The notes under the pieces were generated by a model. The model worked only from the letters and a program-made list of their open reading frames with translations. It made no database searches and was not told where the DNA came from. 64,000 bases of DNA. It comes from Sporopachydermia quercuum (lineage: Eukaryota). The stretch covers positions 124,001 to 188,000 of the forward strand of contig BCGN01000009.1 of NCBI GenBank assembly GCA_001599295.1, given 5' to 3'. Shown here piece after piece: positions 49,205-60,700 of the stretch (the stretch's first letter is position 1; every line of letters begins with the position of its first letter). Made by a program: the position numbers and the translations under genes.

Positions 49205-50725
49205 ATGTCCAGTGTACTGATACAAAGATCACCAATGAATATCTGCCGTCTGACAGGACTTGGTTTGGCAAGAAGATGTCGAATTAATTGTAATAAGGTG
49301 GTGATTTGTTCACTGCTTAATGCTTCCGTGAATCAAGGACTCAGAAACAATGTAGCTGGTTTTGTTTTCACTCCAGCCAGGTTCAATTCTACTGGTTCAA
49401 CACCTAAGCAACCAGCACCTCCAAAGAAATCTCAAGAAGAGAAACCAGCAGAAGAAGGCGAGATAGAATCCAAAGGTGCTAAACCAACAAATCTCCCTGA
49501 AGTTAAGCCCACAGAGAAGCTTACAATTTGGGAGAAAGTGAAACATGAAGCTCAGCATTACTGGGATGGAACTAAACTTTTAGGATTGGAGATAAAGATT
49601 TCTACCAAGTTGGCAGTTCGAATGTTAGCAGGTTATGAATTAACCCGAAGAGAAAATAGACAATTGCAAAGAACTCTGCAAGATATTTCTCGATTAGTTC
49701 CATTTTCAATGTTTTTAATTGTTCCATTTGCTGAGCTTTTATTACCTTTTGCTTTAAAGCTGTTCCCTAACTTACTTCCCTCAACCTATGAATCAGGTCA
49801 GGATAGAGAAAAGAAGTTGAAGAGCTTAAGGAAGACCCGTAGCCAAGTCTCAGAGTTTTTGAGAAAGACTGTCGCTGAATCTGGTATGAAGTTACCAACA
49901 GCTACAACTGATGATCAAAAGAAAGATTTCGCTGAATTTTTCCGTCAAGTGAGAAATTCTGGTGAAACGCCTTCAAGAGATTTATTATTAAAAGTAGCAA
50001 GATTATTTAAAGATGATACCGTGTTAGATAACTTATCAAGACCTCAGCTAGTTGCTATCTGCAGGTATATTAATATCCAACCTTTTGGATCTAACTTGAT
50101 GCTTAGATATAGAATCAGATATAAAATGTTACAAATCAAGAAAGATGACAGAGCCATTGATTATGAAGGTGTTGATTCATTATCAACTACTGAATTGCAA
50201 TCCGCTTGCGCTTCTAGAGGTATAAGAACTCATGGTGTATCACCTGGTAAGCTCAGAGATGATCTTCAAGTTTGGTTAAACCTTAGATTGAGAGACAGGG
50301 TTCCTGCCACTTTGTTAGTGTTATCATCTGCTTTTACTTATGGTTCCAATGGAGGTGTTGAATCGCAATATGATGCTTTATACTCTGTTTTGAGTGCAAT
50401 CCCTGAAGAGTTGCTTCACGAAGCTGAAGTTGATGTTGCTTCATCTGATGCTACTTACAAACAAAGATTGAACTTAATCAAGGAACAAGAAGCCTTGATT
50501 CAAGAAGAAATTGCTCAAGAGCAAGAAAGTGGACACATTATCCAAGTCAAGGATGTGTTAAGTTTAGATGAAATTGACAACGAAACCAACAAGCATTCCA
50601 CCAAGACTGGTGAAGGTGAAAAGTTACCAGAACCAGAACAAAATACTGAGGCAAAGAAAGAAGAGGCAAATGAGAAAAAAGAAAAGAAGGAAGAACCAGT
50701 TGCTAAGAAAGTTGAAAAAAAATAG
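49205..50725 (+). CDS. MDM38: LETM1-family mitochondrial inner-membrane protein (Mdm38/Ylh47)
   Basis: HYWDGTKLLG, LTRRENRQL and RLVPFSMFLIVPFAELLLPFALKLFPNLLPST motifs; Arg-rich presequence; ATG at 49205. Confidence 0.92.
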   Translation: MSSVLIQRSPMNICRLTGLGLARRCRINCNKVVICSLLNASVNQGLRNNVAGFVFTPARFNSTGSTPKQPAPPKKSQEEKPAEEGEIESKGAKPTNLPEVKPTEKLTIWEKVKHEAQHYWDGTKLLGLEIKISTKLAVRMLAGYELTRRENRQLQRTLQDISRLVPFSMFLIVPFAELLLPFALKLFPNLLPSTYESGQDREKKLKSLRKTRSQVSEFLRKTVAESGMKLPTATTDDQKKDFAEFFRQVRNSGETPSRDLLLKVARLFKDDTVLDNLSRPQLVAICRYINIQPFGSNLMLRYRIRYKMLQIKKDDRAIDYEGVDSLSTTELQSACASRGIRTHGVSPGKLRDDLQVWLNLRLRDRVPATLLVLSSAFTYGSNGGVESQYDALYSVLSAIPEELLHEAEVDVASSDATYKQRLNLIKEQEALIQEEIAQEQESGHIIQVKDVLSLDEIDNETNKHSTKTGEGEKLPEPEQNTEAKKEEANEKKEKKEEPVAKKVEKK

Positions 50726-51126
50726 AGGAGATAACTGAAATAAAATTTTGATAGTAAATTAAAGGTTGAATGTTTTCTATGACATATACGTTTAACCAAA
50801 TGTGTTTCTTATTGTATTTGCGTCAACCTCGCAATCTTATACTTAACGATAGTAAGGTTTCCGATTTTGGGGGAAAAGATCAGGATTGGAAATGGGAAAA
50901 GTTTCAAATCGAACTTGTATGGAACAAGACATAAGTTATGTCAATATGATTCGTTTATTCATGATTTCAACAAGCTAATAGTTAACATAATAATACATGA
51001 TCATATTATTTAGTTATTCACTTGATGATTTGGATTCTTATTCCCATTATAGTTACATTATTCTGTTACCTATCTGACATCTTTCGATTGTTCTACACGA
51101 CGTAGGTTGAAACTGTTCTAGTCCTG

Positions 51127-53083
51127 TTAATTTAACATAGAAGTCCAATCAAAAGGTTTCCAGGCTTTTTCAAAAGCATTTCGTCTTGAATGACTTTCAT
51201 CTTTCTTCCAATTTGGCTGCTTTTTGATAATATGCGGTTCTAAACCACATAATGCTCCAATAGCTTCTCTGGCAAATAAATCTCCTTTCGGCCATTTCGA
51301 TGCGTCTTCGACTATATGGCCCATACCGCCATTAATGTCAAACCAAACATGAAAGTAGGGTGCTTCTTTCGCGATACTCCCTCTAAAAGCATTTCGGCCA
51401 AGTTTTCTGGCATTTTCTTGCGTATTGATGATTTTTTGATGTTGTGACCATTCCTCATCATATGCCAATATAGTTTCACGAAAAACAGCTGGTGCTTCAG
51501 GGAATAATCTTTTAGATATTGGAACTGCGGTAATATAACCATGTCTACGTTGAGATTTCCAAGCTGCATTTTCATAGAATAGAACTGAATATCCTAATGA
51601 ATCATAGAAGCGAATCAAGCTTTTCATAAAATTCTAGAGAAAAAAAGTTTTCCATACAAGTTAGTAACAATAATCTAAGTAAACCCTTAGCGAATCTTCT
51701 CAAGTGAAGCGTCAGATTTCTTTTATTCAATTTACTTACCCTTATTTCTTCATCTTCGTCCTCATCACATTCTAAAGTGCAATTATTATGGCTTAGTGGT
51801 ACGATACATGCACTGAACTTCGCTAATGCAGGCTGGGGTGCTAAACATAAATAGACTCTTGTACCAATACTTATAACTTCGATCTTTCTTCCAGCTTCAT
51901 TCTCCATGCATAAAGGACAATTAGATAATACCCTTTCTAAATTCTTCACATCATTGATAACCATATTTTTTAGATTCTGTTCTTTAACTTTGACTGCTGT
52001 TGCTAATTTTTCTGCGTTTTCATCCATGTAGTCCAAATCATTACTAAAAGTTGCATCGCTAGCAAGTGCTTGTGCTAACGAACGGCTCTCATCTCCTTTT
52101 GTCTGTCTACTCAATATATGCTCTCTATGAATAAGCTCTTTCGCTGACATATCTGCTTCAGCTTTCTCTGGAATCTTTAAAACTTCCGCATCCATTCCAG
52201 TTAAAATTCTCACATTCTCCTTTGTTTCGTTCCCCGTCTTGCAATTAAATTTCCCAAGCAAATCTTGATATTTATTTTCTAATTCTTCAGCCTCTGGGCT
52301 ATTTTTCAATTGAGCTCTCAAAAGCTTAGCTTTAAAAGCATTTAATGACTCTAAAGTCACTTCAGAACCCACTTCCTTGTTATTTATATGCTGGCTGTTT
52401 TCAATGAGAGCCCTACTGTCAGAAGCAGTTGGCGAATGTTTTTTAGATTTTGGCAGTCTTTCCTTATATAATTCACCAGTTGGCTTATCTTTGCGACCAT
52501 TATAATTTGCTCCATACTTTTTCCTGCGATCTAGCTCTTGTTTTTCTTCTCTTGCTATATCAAATTCTTCCAAGCTACTGTATCTTTCTAAAGCTACTTC
52601 TTCTATTTCTTTTCCACATTCTTTGGCTATTTCAAAAACTTTACGTAGCTTCATCATTCTCCAATTGGAACCTCCATCTCCAAAATTGTATGTTACATCA
52701 TATGGACTTCTATCTTTGCTATCTTGCCCAGATGAGCTGGCTAGTAATTCGGTATTGCTGTTTCTTAATTCTTCTTCTGCTTTTCTTGCTACCGCTGCGG
52801 CTTCCTGTCTAATTTTCTTCCCAGTACGCTTCTCTCCTCGTTCGCCTACTAGTGAAGAGAAATCAAAATCGTCGTTAACCATCCAAGCATCCCGCTCTCT
52901 TTTTTTGAAGCCGATATCCCCACTCACCTTTTCACCTTGCTCATCTCGATAATCNTTCTCTTGAAGGGAACATAGAACTTCTTGTTTAGCGTCCCTCGAC
53001 TTGTGTATCTTCGGCCCTGCATCGGAATCAGAATCTGAGTCCGAGTCCGAATCTTCGATCCATTTTCCTTTACCACTCATCAC
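51127..53083 (-). CDS. CWF19: Cwf19/CWF19L2 spliceosome-associated protein (CwfJ C-terminal domains), 2 exons
   Basis: Intron 51739-51634 (GTAAGT...TACTAAC...TAG) joins EEIR|NFMKSL. Motifs GDGGSNWRMMKL, CPLC, EEWSQH, PYFHVWF..GGMGHIVE and FDWT. Confidence 0.9.
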
Positions 53084-53646
53084 AATTCCTTTCAGCCTCT
53101 ATACTCCTTATACTCGTTTACTTTACAGTGATGGTACCAATTAAGAGACACAAATCACTTCTCGTACGACTTTATGCAATGGCAATTCGATTTCCATAAT
53201 AATATATCAGCTGGTAAACAAATAGAAATAGAGAAGAAGAGAAAAGGTAGGGCTTGCAGTAANCTTAAAAAAAGCTGTTATCTTTACACAAATATCAGTT
53301 TGCACATGAAAGTGAAAATTTACTATGTAGTTGTCAACAAAGTTTGTGTGAAACGAACATGAATCTCATCACAAGGAGAATGGAAAGCATTACTGTTCTT
53401 AGCACAGTCATAATAAATGCATTTGAATGAAAAGGATATGATTGTGTATATGAGCCTTAAATATCTAATATGTTATATATATAAACGCCAGATTATTAAT
53501 TCTCGATTGATTATTTATTAACGTATATGATGATAGATGTTGATGCTAGTTATTAGTACAATTACCTAGAAAACTTGGAATTTTGGCAGGTCTTGTAATC
53601 AAAAGGAGGATTGGATAGAGTGCATTTAGCGAACTAAGATAGAATC

Positions 53647-54428
53647 ATGGGCAACTATTGGTGTCAGTACTGTCGAATTGTAAGTATTACATGATGCCAT
53701 TTGTTATATAGTACTGTATTGAACTTCTGGTGTTTTTGTTTCTGGTTTATCAGCTTATATCCATACTAACATTCTAATAGTTTGTTCCTGATACGAAGTT
53801 TTCGAGAGCACAACATGAAATATCAACCAGGCATAAGTACTCGATTAGACGATCTCTGAATGATGTACATTATGCCAACAGAGCTCAACAACAAGAGGAG
53901 AGAAACGATAAAAACGCTCTGAGGGAAATTGAACAAGAACTTGAGAAAAGTAAAGGAAAGAGTGAAGACGGCAAGAAATTCATACGGCGTGCTCGAAAAG
54001 ATGATAGATTGAGAACAAAAGAGCGAAACTGGGAACAAACGTCACAGACCGAGACAAGCTCATCAACAAGAATACCCATGCCCTCGGAATGGATACCTGT
54101 GGCATCTGAAAGCACTGAGGGTGTATCAAAAATCAAGGAAAATGGCTTCGCAAGCGCTGGAAGTACCCAAGTTCAAGCGTTCCATAGCAGAGTCAAGAAT
54201 GACTCAGCTAGTGTTACAGAGATGAAGCAATGGGAGGTGAAAAAGTTCTCCAAATCAGTAGATGATGAACCTGAAGATGATTTCAATGAATTGAAAGTAG
54301 TGTTCAAAAATAGAGGTATCACTAAACCTAAAAAGAAGATGGAATTGAAGAAAGAAGTACCCGAAGAAGTGATAGAATCTTCTAAGATCATGGTGAAGAA
54401 AAAAATCTCGTTCTCTTTGAAGAAGTAA
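53647..54428 (+). CDS. U1-type (matrin) zinc-finger protein, WBP4/FBP21-like, 2 exons
   Basis: Exon 53647-53679 (MGNYWCQYCRI), intron 53680-53780 (GTAAGT...TACTAAC...TAG) and exon 53781-54428 (FVPDTKFSRAQHEISTRH...) give a C-x2-C...H-x5-H finger; Lys-rich C terminus. Confidence 0.75.
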
Positions 54429-54867
54429 GCAAAAGGCTGGAAGCTCTTCTCTGAATAAGGACTTGTTGTAATATTAACATTTGTAATGGTTCTCTTGTAA
54501 TAGAACTTACTGTATTATGTAGAATAGTTAAATTTCTTTTATATTGCGAAATGTGTACAATATATACAAAGCTCTCACGCGAGAGAAATCAACATTACTG
54601 ACTAAAGATACTTTTCAAAGAAAGAAAAAAAAAGATGTGATGATAAAAAGAAAATGACAAAATAAGGTAGAAACAGGACTGAAAACGCTCAGAGAGAAAA
54701 GAAATGAGCGAAGGTTATTTATTTACATAAACTCGATGAAGAGTAAAGGAGATTTAATGAACAAAATGATGGGGAAAACATCAAATATGAATATTCGTGA
54801 TTCATTGTCAACTGCGTTTCAAGAATCAAATGAGAATAAAAAAGAAGGAGCAGGAGCTTGTGTTGGC

Positions 54868-56175
54868 TTAAGTCCACTGTCTGCTTTGACCTCTCACCAA
54901 TTCCATGATCTTCCAACCTTTTGTTTCTGGATCAGCAACTTCTTCAGGAATTCTAGACAAAACAAAAGCATAAGTACTCATTTGAATATGATCTTCGGTA
55001 CCGGCAGCAATCTCACCAGTTTTCCCCTTCTTGAAAAGATGAATCTCTTGAGCTCTACAGCTGATAACAAAAACAGGAGTATCATTAGGGGCCAATAACT
55101 TAGCACTCATAATCTCAACACCTCTAACATCAAGAACTCTTCCTGCAGCAATTAAGCCTTGTTCTCTGTATTGTTTAGCAGATGCTGACCAAATATTGTA
55201 CGGAGCTTCAGATAACCATTTCTTTAACACGTCGGAATCTCCTTTGACATAAGCATCTAAGACTTCAGGGATAATGTATTCTCTTAGTTCTCTATTGAAA
55301 TCTTCCATATTGAAAGAAGGATCCATTTGTTTGAACATCTTAGTGACCTTCGCTGCTTCAGTCTCAGCAAAAATACCAGAGATTTTATCTGAAACAGTTC
55401 TAATTCCTGCAATTAATCCGTTTTCTGATTCTTCCCATTTCAATTCTAAATCGGCAATCTTTCTACCGATAGGTGACCTTACTTTGAATTCGTCCCAGCT
55501 TTCTGACCATGTTTTCTTAACGTCTCCGTTTTCCGAGACGACTACATTTGAACCAGCCTCAGGATTTTCGACGATTGGTCCTGAATGAATGCCATGCTTT
55601 AATTGATATTCAAGTCTTTTCCTTTCTAACTCTCGTCTTCTCTTCCTTCGGGCATCCTTTTCTTCAAACCCACCATATTGAGTAGCATTTCCATCTTCAA
55701 TCACTTCCTTTACATTCTTATATGCAGCACTCTCTCTAATAGGCTCAGTGACTTTAGAAACAGTTTCAGCGGTCGCATTAACGGCTTGTCTAGTTCCCTT
55801 ACCGACAGGGGATTCCCATGCCGTATATGCAACATCACCTACTGCCTTTCCAGCTTTCTTCAGTGATTCAGTAGTTTTCGATGTGCCCATTTTTGCCTTC
55901 TCATATGCCTCTTTNGCCTTCTTGTATGCTTCACTCTCGGCCATCTTGCCAGTTTCTCCTTGCAAAGCCTTGATATTATCCTGGAGTTCTTTGGATTTAC
56001 TCCATTCTGTTTTGAATGTCTCGACAAACACTTGAAGCGGCGATTTAGGCCCACCTCTGGCTTGATTTGATTGAGATGCCGAGGTATGAAACATAGAGGT
56101 AGCACAACGGCTACCATCCAAAACGGCTATTCTTCCTCCTCTTCCGAAAGGTCTGTTGATGATTCTTCTCAACAT
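54868..56175 (-). CDS. TIM44: Mitochondrial import motor subunit Tim44
   Basis: SPLQVFVETFKTEW, YGGFEEK, FAETE and LREYIIPEVLDAYVKGD motifs; presequence. Confidence 0.96.
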   Translation of the reverse strand: MLRRIINRPFGRGGRIAVLDGSRCATSMFHTSASQSNQARGGPKSPLQVFVETFKTEWSKSKELQDNIKALQGETGKMAESEAYKKXKEAYEKAKMGTSKTTESLKKAGKAVGDVAYTAWESPVGKGTRQAVNATAETVSKVTEPIRESAAYKNVKEVIEDGNATQYGGFEEKDARRKRRRELERKRLEYQLKHGIHSGPIVENPEAGSNVVVSENGDVKKTWSESWDEFKVRSPIGRKIADLELKWEESENGLIAGIRTVSDKISGIFAETEAAKVTKMFKQMDPSFNMEDFNRELREYIIPEVLDAYVKGDSDVLKKWLSEAPYNIWSASAKQYREQGLIAAGRVLDVRGVEIMSAKLLAPNDTPVFVISCRAQEIHLFKKGKTGEIAAGTEDHIQMSTYAFVLSRIPEEVADPETKGWKIMELVRGQSRQWT

Positions 56176-57330
56176 TCTGTTCTATAATTTATATTCTTCC
56201 AAATATTTCCGGTGATGATGTTAAGCTGTTCTTGCTCAATACCACTTACTGCTTCACAGAAAACTGCCCTTCAATATATATTTCTATTGGATCACCAAAC
56301 TAAAAAAACGTCGATTCCCGTATTTTACAGCTTCATAAGCACAACTACTATATCATCTAATATACCCAAATCGATCTGGAAACCCCATGGACATAAACAA
56401 AAAGTTAGCAAATCTCGTCTACGTACTGAACTAACCAAGATGCTATTGTCCTACTTATTACACCTTACTGAGGATATTAGTTTCCTATAGATACTTCTAG
56501 TTCTTCTCAGGTTAAGTTCTACTGTCAAATAATCATTATATTCAAACCAGCAATTAGGAATTTCCGTTCGAATGTTCATTCATTTTCACTCTCCAGAATT
56601 CGTCTGAAAAATTTCCTGTGTGAAAAAACTGTAACGGTAAATTTCGGATATAATGCGGGTTGAGGTAATTATTATTGACGTGATCATTTATTTATTATTA
56701 GGAGAAGTGACTCAGACAGCGCCACTAGAATAAAATTATTATTTCCGTTATTTCATGTCAGAGTAGAACTGCATTTTCTTAGTTACTTAAACAAGTAAAA
56801 ATAGGAATTGAAAAGAATTCTGTTTCAGTTTGGCCACTTTGATGCCAAANGGAGAAAACTCTGTAGGAGAGTTCAGAAAATGCCTGTCTTTTTGGAAGGT
56901 AATTTCTGTGAAATGTACTTTTTTGGCACAAGATTCTGCCAGNGAGACAATTTCTCGTACAGGGTTTTTTAATCCTGTACTGGGGAAGTGGTTAACCCTC
57001 ACATGCAGAGCCACCAAAAGTGCTTTAGGAGACTGATTCATTCTTCTGCAAGATGATGAAGGATTAGAAACTTCTGTAGCATTATATTAGGAAACAGAAG
57101 TACATATCTTAGCATCAACACCGAAATAAACAGGTAATAGGACCAGTATAATAACTGAATGCTTAAACAAAGGTTGGCAGAAATATGAATGCGGAAGGGC
57201 ACTGAATGATATCCAAGAGAATAGATTTGACGAGAAGAAGGATAAGAGACCTCATGCACTATCAGCTGGCTGGTTTATTAGAAGACCAATTGAAAGGCTG
57301 CATTAGAAGAGATTTAATTATAAGGTGTTA

Positions 57331-57353
57331 TTATCCTTATCCTTATCCTTATC
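57331..57353. repeat. (TTATCC)4 hexamer repeat forming tandem GATAAG motifs
   Basis: Read directly, in the divergent TIM44-ULP2 intergenic region. Confidence 0.7.
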
Positions 57354-57797
57354 TGAATCCAATTATTTAATCAATTATTTATAATAAGACACAACAAACG
57401 AAGGTTCTCTGATAATTGCGGTTTGTGATTGATTCACCTATCAGTTCCAAATAGCAGTACTTATTATCCAACTCATTGATATATCTGGCGATCTTCAACT
57501 TAACAACACCACTACTTCTACCAACAAAAGCACATTTTCTTATATTGATCATGGTATATTTCATTTTTCTACCCATCATACGAAGTTAAGCAGTATCAAT
57601 CGGACAGTCAGAGCATTTAACCATTGTAGTATCGCGCTTACTTCACATTCTCATGCTATATATTCTATGTCATCGACGACCGTCTTCTTATAGATTTACC
57701 TTCCAATCCGTTCCTGGCTTTTTCTTGCTTGGGTTGATATTAACTGATTTAATTAACTCTATCGACTGATCTCTCATTATTGCCTGGCCTCCATATC

Positions 57798-60700
57798 ATG
57801 GGATTGGATAGCCCAACAAAACAGAACCCTGTCTTCTTGGGCAAAGACTTGAAGTCAATCAAACCGAGACCTACGAGAATATCTCTAAATGGTTTCAGTG
57901 CTCCTATAAACAACATCGATGGTAATAGCAGCAATAGCAGCAGCTCTAATAAAGACGACCTCAATATTTTAACACGAAAGTATGGAATCCAGGAATCAGG
58001 GCCAAAGACTTATGCTAAGTTGAAACCGATATCAGCATCAGAGTTCTATAGTAAGAAAGCAAGTAATAGTATTAATCCCTTTGATGATATCACATCTTTT
58101 GCAACTTCGGTATTGCCTCCTCAGCTTAAATCAGTTACTGCTGTCACCAGAACCCCTATAGCAATAGATGCTGAACCGAAAGACGAACGGCAGGTCCAAC
58201 AGTTTGATCTACGAAGAGTTCTTAAAGATGGCTACTCAGAGCTACCAGAAACTTCTTCTTCCTTGAAAGTGAGAATAGAATTTTTGTACAACGACAAAAG
58301 ACAGACCAAATTCATCATTTATAATAGAAATCTTCCTCAGCATAAACTATCAACTATCACAACTAGGTCAACCGTGATATATGTATGCGATAGCACTAAA
58401 GAAATGATCATTGCTCCTGAGGGTAAACTGATAGATGCCCTATATCTCAAATTCACGTCTTATAAAGGTCAAGATTTCATCAAACTGGCAGATGAAGTAG
58501 CTTTCAGCAGCCATTCAAAACTGCAATTGGAGAATCATAACCAGATATCCAAACTTTTTGTTGAGTTGCAGAGAAGGAGAACCGAGAAGGAAATAGCCGC
58601 CAATTCTGTTGTCATCAATGATAACGATAACAGTGATGATAGCAATGAGGATCAGAAGACTTCTGCTAATTCTGCTACCAGAGGCAATAAAGATATAACT
58701 GAATGGGCTAAATCTGCTACATCTAGCTTGAAGAATGCCAATATATCATTATCGCGGTCCCGATCGCGGTCCAGTTCCCGTACCTCTTCGCCTTCCCGTT
58801 CGCGGTCCAAATCTCCGACGGCCAAAGGAAAACTCCGTAGCAGAAGACACGAAACAAGAAGGAACTCATATACTAATTATGACGCTGGAGATATAGCGAT
58901 TACCGAGAGTTTTGGTAAACCGTACACTTATACATTCCAGGATAGAAAGCGGATAGATATAACGGAAGATGATTATAATACTTTGCTGCCTGATTCGTTT
59001 CTGAATGACACTGTTATTAATTTCTTCACTAAATTACTGCATGATCAAATGAAAGCTTCTAAGGATATTGATAGAGAAGGTGTTAAAGAAGGTGTAAAAC
59101 TAGAAACTACGGAAACGTCACTATCACGATCACNATCACCATCAAAATCACCTTCGCTAGCTGTGAAAGAGGAAATCAAGCCTGTTGGATCTCCTAAATT
59201 AACTCCCAAATTAACTAGGCAACAGCTAATAGCTGAACAAACCCATATTTTTAATACCTTTTTTTTCGAGAAGCTGACGCAGAAAAATAAAGCAGGAACG
59301 AAAACTCCTTATGAAAACGTTAAAAGATGGACAGCTAAAGTCGATATATTCAAGAAAAAATATATAATAATACCTGTTCATGGAAATATGCATTGGTTTG
59401 TTGTTATTATATACAATTTACCGTCAATTCAATCAGTTGAGTCCAAGGATGATGTTGCTAGTAATATGCATACTATGTGTGGCAATAAAACTAATGAGCC
59501 AATGGCCCTACGATCAAGGAGATCTGCTAGAGAGGAATGCTCAGAGGAGCCAAGTGACACGATTAAAAGCACACAACGAGAAGAATCACCTGAGTCCCAG
59601 GAAGAATCCCAGGAAGACTCTCAGTCAGATGAAGACGAGGAAAAAATCTTGGAAAAAGAACCGGAAGAGACAAATGAGTCAGAAGCAGAAATACAGCATG
59701 AAAGAGCAAAGGAAGAAGAGGACGTCTCGTTAATACCATTATCTGGTAGTACTACTAAATTTAGTGAACCAGCTACTCAGTCTACCAAATTGGCTGTTAA
59801 GGTAACTAAATCATCATCATCCTCTTTCCCCTCTTCTGCTTCCTCCTCCTCTTCCTTCTGCTCTAACCCTATAATATTTGTTCTTGATTCATTGCGAATG
59901 CCTCATCAAGGTATCATCAAACCCTTACGTGAGTACATCGCTGCTGAAGCTCTGAACAGGAAAAACCTGAAAATCGACAAAGACTCCATCAAAATGAAAA
60001 CCGTGTATGTTCCTTTACAGCCAAACTACTGTGACTGCGGTGTTTATGTTATAAACTTCGTTGATAAGTTCTTGCAGCAGCCAGAGGAGATTATCCGGTT
60101 ATGGATGGAATATAAATCTCCCAGTAATAGGAGAGAAAACAAACCTATAATTGAGAGTCTGGATGCTATATTTGATGAGGCTGGAATGAAAACGAAGAGA
60201 AAAGAGTATCAGAAGTTTCTTCGTGATCTGCGGAGTAGTAGTTTTGCTCAGGTAAAGGTGATTGAAGAAGATACTGATAATAAGGGCANTAGTAGTAACA
60301 GTAGTAATAATAAGAGTAACGACAGTAATAGTAGTATTGGTAATAGTAATACTACTCCTACTACAGAAAGTGAATTTTCTACAGGAGAATTGCAACAGGA
60401 GAAAGAGATTCTGGTATTAAACACTGAAGAAAGAGAAGAATCAGCTGCGGGATCTGAGTCTGCATCTCAAGAGGAAGAACCAGATGCTCACTATAGCGAT
60501 AACAGTGATGAAGCGTCTATGATTAATACCGTCGGCAAGAACAAAAGCTTACTTGGGCCATCCATTCAGAGTAAAAGCAAATCCTTGTTGAATCTGAAGA
60601 GCAGACATAACTTTAGCCAGCATCAGGGAACCATTGAGCCAGAAGTAACAAGTTCCCGCTCAACGGCAAGCCCGAGCTCTGGTCCGAGCACATCCACAGG

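Noticed and set aside
50780..50945. Small hairpins between the convergent MDM38 and CWF19 genes as a snoRNA
   Set aside because: No convincingly placed H/ACA or C/D boxes; compatible with ordinary 3' UTR sequence.
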